Shown here one piece after another: positions 18,454 through 27,858 of a stretch of 58,084 nucleotides of DNA. The notes beneath the pieces are model-generated. The model made no database searches. It was not told the origin of the DNA and saw only the letters and a program-made list of their open reading frames with translations. This DNA is from a virus (taxonomy: Duplodnaviria; Heunggongvirae; Uroviricota; Caudoviricetes), in the IMG/VR virus record IMGVR_UViG_3300032116_000040, positions 1 to 58,084 of that record. One strand, 5' to 3'. The position numbers and the translations under genes were made by a program. Position 1 is the stretch's first letter. The number at the start of each line of letters is the position of its first letter.

Positions 18454-20120
18454 TGAGATTAACTGAATTTTCATATAAAAACATCCTGTCATACGGAAAT
18501 AAATTACAGACGTTTAAATTTGACGATCGGCCTGGACTAATCTTAGTTGAGGGAGAAAACGGTGCAGGCAAGTCCTCAATCAAGGAGGCACTAACCGTAT
18601 CGATTTATGGAAGATCGGCAATTCGTAAAATGAAAGATATTCCTAATTGGATCAATCGTAACGCTTATACCAATGTCAAGTTTGTAACCAATTCTGGAGA
18701 AATCATAGAACTTGACCGAGGAATAGATCCCAACTTTAGTGATATTAAAATAAACGGAAGTCATTTTAATCTTCCAGATAAGAGAAAAGTCGATGAGTTT
18801 ATCGAAGAGGAACTTGCTAGAATTCCATTTTCAGTTTTTTGTAATACTATCAGTCTATCCTTTGATGATTTTAAATCCTTTGTAAACCTAAGCAAAGACG
18901 ATAAAAGAAAAATAATCGATCGTATTTTTGGGATTGATATTCTTTCTGATATGCGAAGCAAAGTAAAAGAAGAATTAAAGGAAAATAAATCTGAACTTGA
19001 TATTCTTACTGCTACTCTAAAGAGCAGCCAATCTAACTTATTAACATATAATAGTCAATTAGATGCACTAAAGGAAAAGCTAAGCAAGAAGAAGGAAGAA
19101 CTTACAGATAAATTGACTATTAGTATTGCAAATAAAAAAGTCGAAGTAGATGCTGCCCTTGTTGAAAAGACAAATCTTAAGGAGAAGATAGATTCTCAAA
19201 CTAGTGTAAATAATACTGCTCAAGAAGAACTTAGTAAGATAAAATCAGAGATTAAGGATTTATCGAATCGTCTCCTAATCTATGCTAAAAATCGATGCCC
19301 TCATTGTCTTAATGACCTTCATTCAGATTCCTCAATTGAAATAAAGGAGAAGATCGAATCTAAAATTATTAAATTAAAGGAATCTCTTGAGAATAAACAA
19401 AAACTTGCAAATGAGATTAATGAGAGCCTAACCGCTCTATTATTAGATAGAAGCGACATTGATTCAAATTACTTTGATAAGAGGGCCGAGCTTAAAGCTT
19501 TGGAGTCATCACTAGAGGCTGCTCAGGAAAACGATGGATCTGAAGAAATATCTTCTATCTCTGGAATAATTAAGAGTCTAGAGGATCAAATATCTGAAGA
19601 TACTCAAGCGACTTCTCAACTAAATTCGACTCGATCAATTGCACTAAGCCTAGATGATTTATTATCTGAAAATGGAATCAAACGAGACATGATCGACCGA
19701 ATAATTCCTACCTTAAATGCTAGGATTCTTGAGATCTCTGAAAAATTGGAATTTAAGTTTTCATTTGAATTCGATAACGAGTTTGATCCTCATATCACCT
19801 ATTTAGGAATGCAGATTTCTCCAGAAAGTCTGTCCAGCGGTCAACGAAAAAAGATGAACCTAATTGTATTGCTCGCATTTATTGAAATTATTAAAATGAA
19901 GCACAGTACAATGAACGTAATGTTTTTAGATGAAATATTTAGTTCTCTAGACAAGACAAATGTTTATCGAGCAATTTCAATCCTTAAAGATTACTCTACT
20001 AAATATAATATGACAATTTTTGTTGTTTCTCATGAATCTCTACCTGAAGAGTTATTTGACTATCGAATCCTTGTAAATCAAAAGGATCACTTCTCAGAGA
20101 TGGAGATCATCAAAATCTAA
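18453..20120 (+). CDS. gp46: Rad50/SbcC-like ATPase (gp46)
   Basis: GENGAGKS, zinc hook CPHC, signature LSSGQ, Walker B FLDEIFSSLD, VSH. Confidence 0.93.
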   Translation: MRLTEFSYKNILSYGNKLQTFKFDDRPGLILVEGENGAGKSSIKEALTVSIYGRSAIRKMKDIPNWINRNAYTNVKFVTNSGEIIELDRGIDPNFSDIKINGSHFNLPDKRKVDEFIEEELARIPFSVFCNTISLSFDDFKSFVNLSKDDKRKIIDRIFGIDILSDMRSKVKEELKENKSELDILTATLKSSQSNLLTYNSQLDALKEKLSKKKEELTDKLTISIANKKVEVDAALVEKTNLKEKIDSQTSVNNTAQEELSKIKSEIKDLSNRLLIYAKNRCPHCLNDLHSDSSIEIKEKIESKIIKLKESLENKQKLANEINESLTALLLDRSDIDSNYFDKRAELKALESSLEAAQENDGSEEISSISGIIKSLEDQISEDTQATSQLNSTRSIALSLDDLLSENGIKRDMIDRIIPTLNARILEISEKLEFKFSFEFDNEFDPHITYLGMQISPESLSSGQRKKMNLIVLLAFIEIIKMKHSTMNVMFLDEIFSSLDKTNVYRAISILKDYSTKYNMTIFVVSHESLPEELFDYRILVNQKDHFSEMEIIKI

Positions 20121-20128
20121 ATAAGACT

Positions 20129-21364
20129 CTACCTGCTTATTTCTTCCCAGTCCATTGATGCAAGAACGCTACCTCCACCGCCGCCAACATCAGAAGCAAC
20201 CACAATCGTAAGTTCAAGAGGGGTTGACGTCAATCCATTTCTTTCAAGCTGCGTCTTAAACAATGCTTCTTTAAGGATATCAACTTGAGTTGATCCTTGA
20301 TTTGACACACTAAAGAAACCGCTTGCAAGTATTCTTCCTGGTACAAAACTTGTCCCTGTAATGTTATAGTTTACAGAAGAGTTTGCTCCTGCGCTAACCC
20401 AGGCTCCACCTGTTGTGGTTCCGCTTGCAACTAATTGCCAGTTGTAATGCCCTGAGGTGGTTGCCATCACAGAAATTGCGGTGCATATTATGATACCATC
20501 TAATCTGTCAGGAGATGTTTTAAGACGCATACTTACTATAGGATAAAACGTGCCAGCTGCTGCTAAGTTTCTTGGTGCAGTCACAGGAATACCAATTGCT
20601 TGTTGTAGTCCGCTAAGTTCATATCCACCTTCCGATAAAACGGTAGAACATATTTGTTTTAATGTACTTGCTCCACTGGTAGCACCCGTGTTTGTTATCT
20701 CGTATCTCAATGGCAAAGATGCCGTTGTGATGTAAGTAGAAGTAATTAAGTTAGCATGATGAAACTTATGACAAACGTAAAAGTTTCCATTTATCACAAA
20801 CCCCATTCTAACAGTCCCTACTCCTAACCACTCTAAGTCTATATATAGAATTTGTGCTTTTGTTAGATCAAGTGTGATTCCACTTGGCCCAGAGCCGTTC
20901 ATAGGATCAACATTCCAACTTGCCTGGGCAATTGGTGTGTTTACAACTGCTCCTGTAACAAAACTTCTTTCTACAAAACTTACCGTAGTGCCATTTTGTT
21001 CTAAGTAGTAACCATTGTTTGCACCATAATAGCCAATCCGTTGTCTAAGATTAGTCTTGGCAGGGCTCATCACAAATGTGGTGAACACTAGTAAACTCTT
21101 ACCTGGCTGATAAGAAAAGACTTTAGTTGTCTCTCTAACTACTTCAGAGCCTGAAGCAGCTGTTACTGCTAAATCGACTAAGCCTTGTGCAGAATTAAAT
21201 GTATCTGTCCCTCCTGTTGCAGTACTTGTCGACCATAATTGGTTATCCGCAAACCTATAGCTTGAATCGAATAGCGTTAATGGGTTGCTTACGCGAAGCC
21301 TACCAAAAGCATCGAAGTTTGGTGTATTTGCAAATTTAATTTCATCTGTGTATGTGTATGACAT
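20129..21364 (-). CDS. Beta-rich putative virion structural protein
   Basis: 411 aa, Thr/Gly/Ser-rich, lectin/jelly-roll-like pattern; FDAFGRLRVSNP start recalled from phage structural proteins. Confidence 0.55.
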   Translation of the reverse strand: MSYTYTDEIKFANTPNFDAFGRLRVSNPLTLFDSSYRFADNQLWSTSTATGGTDTFNSAQGLVDLAVTAASGSEVVRETTKVFSYQPGKSLLVFTTFVMSPAKTNLRQRIGYYGANNGYYLEQNGTTVSFVERSFVTGAVVNTPIAQASWNVDPMNGSGPSGITLDLTKAQILYIDLEWLGVGTVRMGFVINGNFYVCHKFHHANLITSTYITTASLPLRYEITNTGATSGASTLKQICSTVLSEGGYELSGLQQAIGIPVTAPRNLAAAGTFYPIVSMRLKTSPDRLDGIIICTAISVMATTSGHYNWQLVASGTTTGGAWVSAGANSSVNYNITGTSFVPGRILASGFFSVSNQGSTQVDILKEALFKTQLERNGLTSTPLELTIVVASDVGGGGGSVLASMDWEEISR

Positions 21365-21370
21365 ATTTCT

Positions 21371-22549
21371 TTATATTGTTTTCCAAGAGGTGTTCCTAAA
21401 CAAAAAGTCTAAGGACATTCTTTCAATTTTCATTAGAACGCTAGTTTCACCGTTTATTAGTTGCCCGCCTGATCCTTGAACTAAAATGCCTCGATTGCCC
21501 CAACTTATCCCTCCTACTTCGTCAGCAATAGTTATGATTTTTCCATTATCACTTGGCGATGCTCCTAGAGGTAGCGTGACTGTGCATATTCCTCCAGAGT
21601 AGGTCACTCCATAATATTCATAAGCGAAGCTAGCTGAATGAGTTGCTGTTGCAATGCTGGTAGTTCTGTATACTGGGTTTCCAGGAATAGCTATAACAGT
21701 TTCTCCAGCTACATCACTTGCAGTTACTCCCTCACCTACAAAGTTAATAATATTTCGTTGAGTTACTAGACTACCTTCGTCTTTAACTGTTGAATACGCT
21801 GGTTGAATTGGAACAGTCACAATAGTCTTTCCTACTCCTGCTGATGCTGTGACTCCTGCTCCTTGAAAGTCAAGAATATTCGTTTGTGCCAAATTACTTC
21901 CTTCTTCTTGAATTGTAGTATATGCTTGTTGAGTAGGAATACTCACTTGCGTTTCTCCAGCTACATCACTTGCAGTTACTCCTCCACCTATAAAGTTAAT
22001 AGTGCTTCGTTGAGTCACTGAACTGCCTTCATCTTTAACTGTTGAATAAGCTGGCTGAATTGGGATATTTACTTGAGTCTCTCCTCCAACATCACTAGCT
22101 GTGACTCCTGTGCCTGTAAATTTTAATACTGATCTTTGGGGTAAAATAGTACTCTCATCTTTTACTGTATTGTATGCCTGAATATCATGGTTGTCTACCT
22201 TAATCCATGCTCCACCTTCGAAAATAGCCCAGTCTCCTACTTGCCAATCAGTAACTCCATTAAGATTTGTTGTGCCTAGTACAGAAACTATATAAAAATC
22301 TCCGGCGGTACCCACACTACTTGTTAGGGTAGGAACGTTAATATCTGCATTCCATAATCCTTGATAATTAAGTCCAGTCAAGGACGGCAGTAACCCAGTT
22401 TCAATTATTGTAATAGTTCCAACATGGTCCATTTTACACAGCTTTCCGCCATTACTGCTATCGAATCCAATTAGGAAAGTTCCAATTGGAATTTTATCAT
22501 AATCCAATTGGGTAAAGTCTATTACTGGATACACGTGACTTACTGCCAT
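21371..22549 (-). CDS. Tail fibre-like protein with four 42-aa repeats
   Basis: YQGLWNA...GDFYIVS..G..DWQVGDW module plus tandem repeats; GAATAAATA at 22570-22578. Confidence 0.65.
   Translation of the reverse strand: MAVSHVYPVIDFTQLDYDKIPIGTFLIGFDSSNGGKLCKMDHVGTITIIETGLLPSLTGLNYQGLWNADINVPTLTSSVGTAGDFYIVSVLGTTNLNGVTDWQVGDWAIFEGGAWIKVDNHDIQAYNTVKDESTILPQRSVLKFTGTGVTASDVGGETQVNIPIQPAYSTVKDEGSSVTQRSTINFIGGGVTASDVAGETQVSIPTQQAYTTIQEEGSNLAQTNILDFQGAGVTASAGVGKTIVTVPIQPAYSTVKDEGSLVTQRNIINFVGEGVTASDVAGETVIAIPGNPVYRTTSIATATHSASFAYEYYGVTYSGGICTVTLPLGASPSDNGKIITIADEVGGISWGNRGILVQGSGGQLINGETSVLMKIERMSLDFLFRNTSWKTI
21680..22183 (-). repeat. Four in-frame 126-bp (42-aa) tandem repeats
   Basis: Consensus QPAYSTVKDEGS.VTQR..INF.G.GVTASDVAGET.V.IP; units 2 and 4 share long identical DNA tracts 252 bp apart (21701 vs 21953). 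Confidence 0.9.
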
Positions 22550-22591
22550 ATACGATGCGTTCTTTAGTATATTTATTCAATATCAAACTCT

Positions 22592-23422
22592 TTAACACTT
22601 AAGAGCTATCTGTTCTTTAGCGAGTCGTTGTTTTACCTTTTTTTCAATGTCTGGTCTTCTTTTACATCCAGCGATTAGGTGAGTGTATCCCAATTTTTCA
22701 GCAAGATCCTTTGGTAAGTAACCCAAGTTTCTCTGTTCGGGAGTACCGTAAAAAGATAATAGATCGACCTCATACTTATAGTACTGACACATTGAATAGA
22801 TGCCAAACTGTTCATATATTAGGCAGGATAGGTGATGATTATAGTCAAATTTAGAATCATCCAAATACTTTATGTAATCTAGTGCGCTTTCCCACCATTC
22901 ATTAATAATGTCTAATTTATTGAATAGAATTATACCACAGTTGTATGCATTGAATCGAGTACCGTCAAACCATGCAGGCTTGTTTGCATAGTTTTTTTCT
23001 GCGTGTTCTAGGAGCAATCGATACCACTGTTCCTGTTCCTCAGTTTCAATGTTTTGAAAACCCGCATCAGCCTTTAGGAAAGTTTCAGGTAGGGGTTTAA
23101 ATAAGATTGCATCATTATCAATGTGAATAAATGGCTTTTCTTGAATCTTACACGCATAAATTTTTCCTAGTGACCAGTGATTCTGGTAGACTCCGTCCAT
23201 CACCTCTTCCAGGTCAGTATTAATATCGTCAAACTCTAATCCGTATTTTTCTACTAGTGCCTTGCCCTTTAGATCGGTGATCAAAATAACCTCCTTAAAC
23301 CACTTTTTAGAGTAGTGTACCGACAGTGCAAAACATTCCATTAGGGATCTCTCAGAATTAAATCCCACAGTTTCTCCATCGACCGGCTTAGTCCATAGTG
23401 AGTATACTGCTCTTTCTACCAT
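22592..23422 (-). CDS. Putative GT-A glycosyltransferase-like protein (DUF6734-like)
   Basis: AVYSLWTKP, LITD..GK, W.LGKIYA, PFIHIDND (DxD), NCGI. Confidence 0.6.
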   Translation of the reverse strand: MVERAVYSLWTKPVDGETVGFNSERSLMECFALSVHYSKKWFKEVILITDLKGKALVEKYGLEFDDINTDLEEVMDGVYQNHWSLGKIYACKIQEKPFIHIDNDAILFKPLPETFLKADAGFQNIETEEQEQWYRLLLEHAEKNYANKPAWFDGTRFNAYNCGIILFNKLDIINEWWESALDYIKYLDDSKFDYNHHLSCLIYEQFGIYSMCQYYKYEVDLLSFYGTPEQRNLGYLPKDLAEKLGYTHLIAGCKRRPDIEKKVKQRLAKEQIALKC

Positions 23423-23426
23423 ATTA

Positions 23427-24971
23427 TTATAAGTTACTTACACCAACTCCCTCTGCTAGTGAACCAGAATAATAGTAGGATTCTGGTTGGTATTCTAATA
23501 TTTCTACATACACACTAGAATCAGTTAAACCTGGTAATTCATTATAGTTATTTAAAGGTTCTATTGTTAATGCTCCGATAGCCGATATTGTTACTGGGAA
23601 GAAATCTATGTTAGTTTCTGCTGTAACAGCTCTTTTAATTATTAGATTTTTCTGAACTAATGTTGGTATAGAATTATCATAATCACTTACATCATATCCT
23701 GGGGTAAGTTTTATATGTGTTGGATACCAAGGTCTTGCTGTAGCCAATTTAGCTTCATAATAAACATTTGTACCATCAAGTTCAGATGACCAATAAACCG
23801 TTGCTCCTAATGAATTTTCTAAAACATCTGTGTAAATTATTTCAACAGTTTCTGGAAGATATGGTACAGGAATACTGCCGTTAAGATAAACGGTCCATGC
23901 ACCTTCTCCAGCATTACCTTTTGCCTCCCAAGTAGCAAATGATGAATCACCTCCAGGTAGTATTGAAGCATTAAATATAGGATCTGAATTATTATAAAGA
24001 GTTTCTCTTAAGTTTTGAGCTAACCAGATTTGAGTATCTATTTTAACTGTAACATATACAGTACCATCATTACCTGTATATGGATCAAGTGAACTGGTAT
24101 CTGAAGTATCTCCATCATTAAGAAGAAGTTCTCCAGCTGTTGCTTCTCTTACTAAACGTACTGACGCACCAGCTGTTTTTAGATTTGGATAACTACTTAA
24201 AGCAGAATTTGAACTAGCCATTGTATAATTAAATGCGCTGTCTGTACTGCTCACTGTACTACTCCACCAGAAACCGTTGCTACCTATGAAGTTGAAAGGT
24301 CCATTGTTGTTGCGGAAGCCCCCAGGCAAGCCTGAAAAATTATAATCATCAGTTCCTCCACCATTATTTAACCATCCGTAATATGCAGGAGGATTTCCTT
24401 TTAGGTTACTTTTTAATTTACCGCCTGCTACACTACTTCCACCTGCAAATGTTGCTAATGTATCCCAATCTGTATTACTAGGAACTCTCCATAGATTAGG
24501 TGCAACAAGTCCGGTGCCACCATCTGGATTAGCTAATCCTCTAGCATCATCTACTGCAAACCAGTTATAAAGATATCCGTAACCAGGCCAGTCTACATCA
24601 CCAGCAGTTAACTTAGCTCTATAAGCTTTGTATGGTATTTCTGGTTTTAATGTTATGAGTGAAAGATAAGGATTAGGATTCGTTACCGTAACCAAAGAGG
24701 ATGGACCAATTTCGATATTTGGAACATATTGCCCATTTACTCTAACTCCTGTTGTAATAAAAAGTTGGGATTCAGTAGGATTAAGTTGCGATCCACCAAT
24801 ATTGCTCCCCACAATATTTAAAAGTTCAGTTTGCGGCCCTGTAATTAGACTATTGTTAACTTTTATTTGAAGATTTTGCTGTGCTAAGCTTTCTAAATAT
24901 TCTAAGTTTTCGTCCATCTCTTGGATGGTAAGTTTTGATCCTTTTCCTTGTCGAGTAGTTAAATTAGGCAT
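23427..24971 (-). CDS. Virion adhesin-like protein with FISUMP (Fib_succ_major) domain
   Basis: YGYLYNWFAV, WRVPS..DW, GGKLKS, FSGLPGG, WWSST, GASVRLV, TVKIDTQIWLAQNL; N-terminal KGSKLT..EMD.N attachment-like motif. Confidence 0.8.
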   Translation of the reverse strand: MPNLTTRQGKGSKLTIQEMDENLEYLESLAQQNLQIKVNNSLITGPQTELLNIVGSNIGGSQLNPTESQLFITTGVRVNGQYVPNIEIGPSSLVTVTNPNPYLSLITLKPEIPYKAYRAKLTAGDVDWPGYGYLYNWFAVDDARGLANPDGGTGLVAPNLWRVPSNTDWDTLATFAGGSSVAGGKLKSNLKGNPPAYYGWLNNGGGTDDYNFSGLPGGFRNNNGPFNFIGSNGFWWSSTVSSTDSAFNYTMASSNSALSSYPNLKTAGASVRLVREATAGELLLNDGDTSDTSSLDPYTGNDGTVYVTVKIDTQIWLAQNLRETLYNNSDPIFNASILPGGDSSFATWEAKGNAGEGAWTVYLNGSIPVPYLPETVEIIYTDVLENSLGATVYWSSELDGTNVYYEAKLATARPWYPTHIKLTPGYDVSDYDNSIPTLVQKNLIIKRAVTAETNIDFFPVTISAIGALTIEPLNNYNELPGLTDSSVYVEILEYQPESYYYSGSLAEGVGVSNL

Positions 24972-24989
24972 AGTTAACTCTTTTTTTAG

Positions 24990-24998
24990 TTATTTATC
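24990..24998 (-). promoter_or_regulatory. Late promoter-like motif GATAAATAA
   Basis: Upstream of the FISUMP gene. Confidence 0.6.
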
Positions 24999-25000
24999 TA

Positions 25001-25027
25001 AAACTTAGTCCTAATTTAATGTATAAA
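25001..25027 (+). promoter_or_regulatory. Class-2 promoter motif upstream of the ThyA-family gene
   Basis: AAACTTAG-N11-TGTATAAA. Confidence 0.5.
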
Positions 25028-25043
25028 AATAAAAAAATAAAGT

Positions 25044-25913
25044 ATGGTAATATATCAAGCCAGCTCATTTGCTGGAGTTTACGAAGAGGCTCTCCATGAC
25101 TTAATGAAGTATCCTGAATACGTGACCCAGCCTAGAGACATGAAGATCAATGAGATGTGTGATGTTGCACTAGTCATTGAGAACCCACTCTCTTGTCTCT
25201 ACGAAAATGAGTTTAGATCTTCTCAATTCAAGTATATTGCTGCCGAGTTTATGTGGTATTTTATGGGTAGAAATGATGTCGAATACATCGCAAAATACGC
25301 AAAGTTTTGGGAATCCATCAAAAACGATGATGATACCGTAAACTCTTCCTATGGATACCTTCTCTTTAATAATCCTAATGAGCATGGGTTAACCCAATAT
25401 CAATGGGCACTAGAATCTTTACTTAAAGATAAGGATTCACGACAAGCGATCCTGCACTTTAACTTGCCTACTCACCAGCGTCATGGAAACAAGGATTTTG
25501 TGTGCACAGTTTATGGAATATTCCAGATCAGAGATAATAAGTTAAATTTTACGATTCACATGCGCAGCAATGACGTAATCTTAGGACTACCTACAGATAT
25601 TGCATTCTTTGCTGTGCTGCAGTCGCAGATGTTATATCACCTAAAATGGCACGGTGGAGCAGAATATCAAGAATTAGAGCTAGGCACCTATACTCACATT
25701 GCAAACTCATTTCACATTTACGAAAGACATTTTGAATTAGCAAATAGGATGATAACTCGAAAGTTTGTGCCAATTGAAATTCCAAAGGTCGATCAAAGCC
25801 TAATCGTAAGAACCGGAGAAACGAGTGCTTCCTTTGCTGCGCTATTCAACGATCCAAATATCCCAACAAGCGATCCTCTTTTTGCGTGGATTCAAAAAAA
25901 CATTAAGTCATGA
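25044..25913 (+). CDS. Thymidylate synthase-family enzyme, possibly a dCMP hydroxymethylase/methylase
   Basis: DSRQA, catalytic DFVCT, MRSNDVILGLPTD (Asp at the E. coli ThyA Asn177 position), SFHIYERH. Confidence 0.75.
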   Translation: MVIYQASSFAGVYEEALHDLMKYPEYVTQPRDMKINEMCDVALVIENPLSCLYENEFRSSQFKYIAAEFMWYFMGRNDVEYIAKYAKFWESIKNDDDTVNSSYGYLLFNNPNEHGLTQYQWALESLLKDKDSRQAILHFNLPTHQRHGNKDFVCTVYGIFQIRDNKLNFTIHMRSNDVILGLPTDIAFFAVLQSQMLYHLKWHGGAEYQELELGTYTHIANSFHIYERHFELANRMITRKFVPIEIPKVDQSLIVRTGETSASFAALFNDPNIPTSDPLFAWIQKNIKS

Positions 25914-26122
25914 AAAAAGCAATTATTTTAATAATTTCAACCGTACTTAAGCTCTTAATACTCTCATTACTCTGTAATCTAGTGTATGATTGGAATGATC
26001 TAAATAAGGTCTTTGGACCGACCATATCTTACTCACAATGGGTGGGAATTATCGTAATTATAAATAGCATCGTGCCAAATGGCATAACTAATAGTTCAAA
26101 GGATGACAAACAAGGATCTTAA
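25910..26122 (+). CDS. Small membrane protein (two hydrophobic segments)
   Basis: 70 aa with two hydrophobic stretches. Confidence 0.55.
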   Translation: MKKAIILIISTVLKLLILSLLCNLVYDWNDLNKVFGPTISYSQWVGIIVIINSIVPNGITNSSKDDKQGS

Positions 26123-26522
26123 ATATCACGTGACCTATCTAAAGATGGCGACCGAATGGTCCAATCTTTCTTGCTGTAAGCGTAAAAAAGTAGGGGCTCT
26201 AATCGTTAGGGACGGGACCATTATTTCAGACGGATTTAATGGAACTCCAAAGAGCTTTCCAAACGATTGTGAAGACGCAAACGGTGATACTCACTGGTAT
26301 GTTCTACACGCTGAAGCAAATGCGATGATGAAAGTTGCTCGATCTACCCAAAGTACCGAAGGAGCAACATTATACGTTACCTATTCTCCCTGCAAGGAAT
26401 GCTCAAAGCTGATCATTCAGGCTGGAATAAAACTAGTAATATATCGGGAAGAGTACAGAGATACCTCTGGCATCAAGATACTACGAGCTGCCGGTGTAGA
26501 TATAGTAAAATTAGACTTTTAA
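26103..26522 (+). CDS. cd: dCMP deaminase
   Basis: KVGALIV, GFNGTP, HAEANA, SPCKEC, AGI. Confidence 0.92.
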   Translation: MTNKDLKYHVTYLKMATEWSNLSCCKRKKVGALIVRDGTIISDGFNGTPKSFPNDCEDANGDTHWYVLHAEANAMMKVARSTQSTEGATLYVTYSPCKECSKLIIQAGIKLVIYREEYRDTSGIKILRAAGVDIVKLDF

Positions 26523-26523
26523 T

Positions 26524-26922
26524 ATGGAGAAGAGAAATATCGAAGTCGTTTTTGTTAAGGACTATAAAAGCTTTATTTTAGCCTTTAATAAAAAGGACAA
26601 AAGTGACTATATTTTAAATGTTAGTAAGCTATTAAAGGATAAGTTTAGCACAAAGTTTTTAGTACCAAATAAGGTGCAGTCCTTTCTCCTAAACTACGAA
26701 ATTAAAAAGTTATTAGACAAGGCAATATCCGTTAAGAATGAAAAATACTCACGGATAATTTATCTAAACTCAAATCTTTCAGCAACTTCCGTTCTTAACA
26801 CAATCGATTTTATCACAAACGAATATTCTGAGTTTAGCTTTAAATATCGACTAATCCACTTAAAAAATGATCCAGATCCGATCGAAATATCCGATTCTGA
26901 ACTAAATAAGCTAACTATATAG
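26524..26922 (+). CDS. Hypothetical protein
   Basis: 132 aa; alpha/beta pattern without an intact P-loop. Confidence 0.55.
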   Translation: MEKRNIEVVFVKDYKSFILAFNKKDKSDYILNVSKLLKDKFSTKFLVPNKVQSFLLNYEIKKLLDKAISVKNEKYSRIIYLNSNLSATSVLNTIDFITNEYSEFSFKYRLIHLKNDPDPIEISDSELNKLTI

Positions 26923-26925
26923 CAT

Positions 26926-26956
26926 AAAAAAACCTCATATTAATATGAGGTTTTTT
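26926..26956. terminator. Bidirectional terminator (perfect 30-bp palindrome)
   Basis: AAAAAACCTCATATTAATATGAGGTTTTTT at 26927-26956, between convergent genes. Confidence 0.85.
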
Positions 26957-26981
26957 AATATCTGTAGGGAATTTACATCAT

Positions 26982-27842
26982 CTAATCAGAATCTCCACAT
27001 TCACTACAAGAGCCATTAGGATTTCCATCCGCGTCATAACTATCAGATTCTATTTCTTCTTCCTGATTTGCCTCTAACTCTTTTACCCAGTCTGGAATTT
27101 CTCCAAATGGACTTTCGTCAGGATTTGAACCAAAGCTCTCTTCTTCATCAAAGACTTCGCCCTGTTCAAACCTTCTTAGCTTGTCCTCAATCTGGCGTAT
27201 GTCTGAAAATGTTCTATTTGATTGGGTTGCTTCTGCTCTATATTCTTCATCTTCAAGATCTTCTTCAAATGATTCCCATAGTGTTCGGTTTTCCATAAGA
27301 GCTATTTTAATATCCTCTAAGTGCTTATTTTTAAAATCATCCCATTCCTCATCAGTCATGTTTCTTTTAAAATAAAACACAGTTTCTTTATCTTGTGCCG
27401 ATTTATCCCACGCTTCATCCCAATATGAAAATTCATGGTCTGGATAATTAGTATCCTCCCCTCTCATTTCATCTTCAAAATCTTCGTTAACAAATCTTTG
27501 AAAGGATGAATAAGCCTTTCCTTCCTCTACTGGTTCTAGTTCAACTACTGGAATTCCTGTATGATAAGGGTCTGCATAAGTAAAAGGTTTCTTTTTCTCC
27601 TGCTTATATACTAAATCATGAGTCATTGCTTTATAGGTAGGATCGTATACCGGATGAGAAAATGCAGGATCCCTTTCAACAGTTCTTCTGAAATCTCCCA
27701 GTTTTGGATTTTTATTTTTTAAAGTACCTTTTGCATCTCTTAATTCAATCGCAGAGTTAGGTCCACCGAATCCAGGTTTTTTAAGATTCATGTAATTATC
27801 GAAATTTAGGATATCTCGACGATGTGTATCAAACATTTCCAT
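26982..27842 (-). CDS. Acidic putative head protein
   Basis: 286 aa; internal SSFQRFVNE motif followed by a very acidic region. Confidence 0.55.
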   Translation of the reverse strand: MEMFDTHRRDILNFDNYMNLKKPGFGGPNSAIELRDAKGTLKNKNPKLGDFRRTVERDPAFSHPVYDPTYKAMTHDLVYKQEKKKPFTYADPYHTGIPVVELEPVEEGKAYSSFQRFVNEDFEDEMRGEDTNYPDHEFSYWDEAWDKSAQDKETVFYFKRNMTDEEWDDFKNKHLEDIKIALMENRTLWESFEEDLEDEEYRAEATQSNRTFSDIRQIEDKLRRFEQGEVFDEEESFGSNPDESPFGEIPDWVKELEANQEEEIESDSYDADGNPNGSCSECGDSD

Positions 27843-27858
27843 CTTTATTTCGATTTTT

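Noticed and set aside
21680-22183. Repeats as a CRISPR array or a DGR template/variable pair
   Set aside because: They are contiguous in-frame protein repeats without spacers, and the differences are not confined to adenines.
26524-26922. Possible kinase/AAA_33-like fold
   Set aside because: No Walker A motif; resemblance too weak to call.
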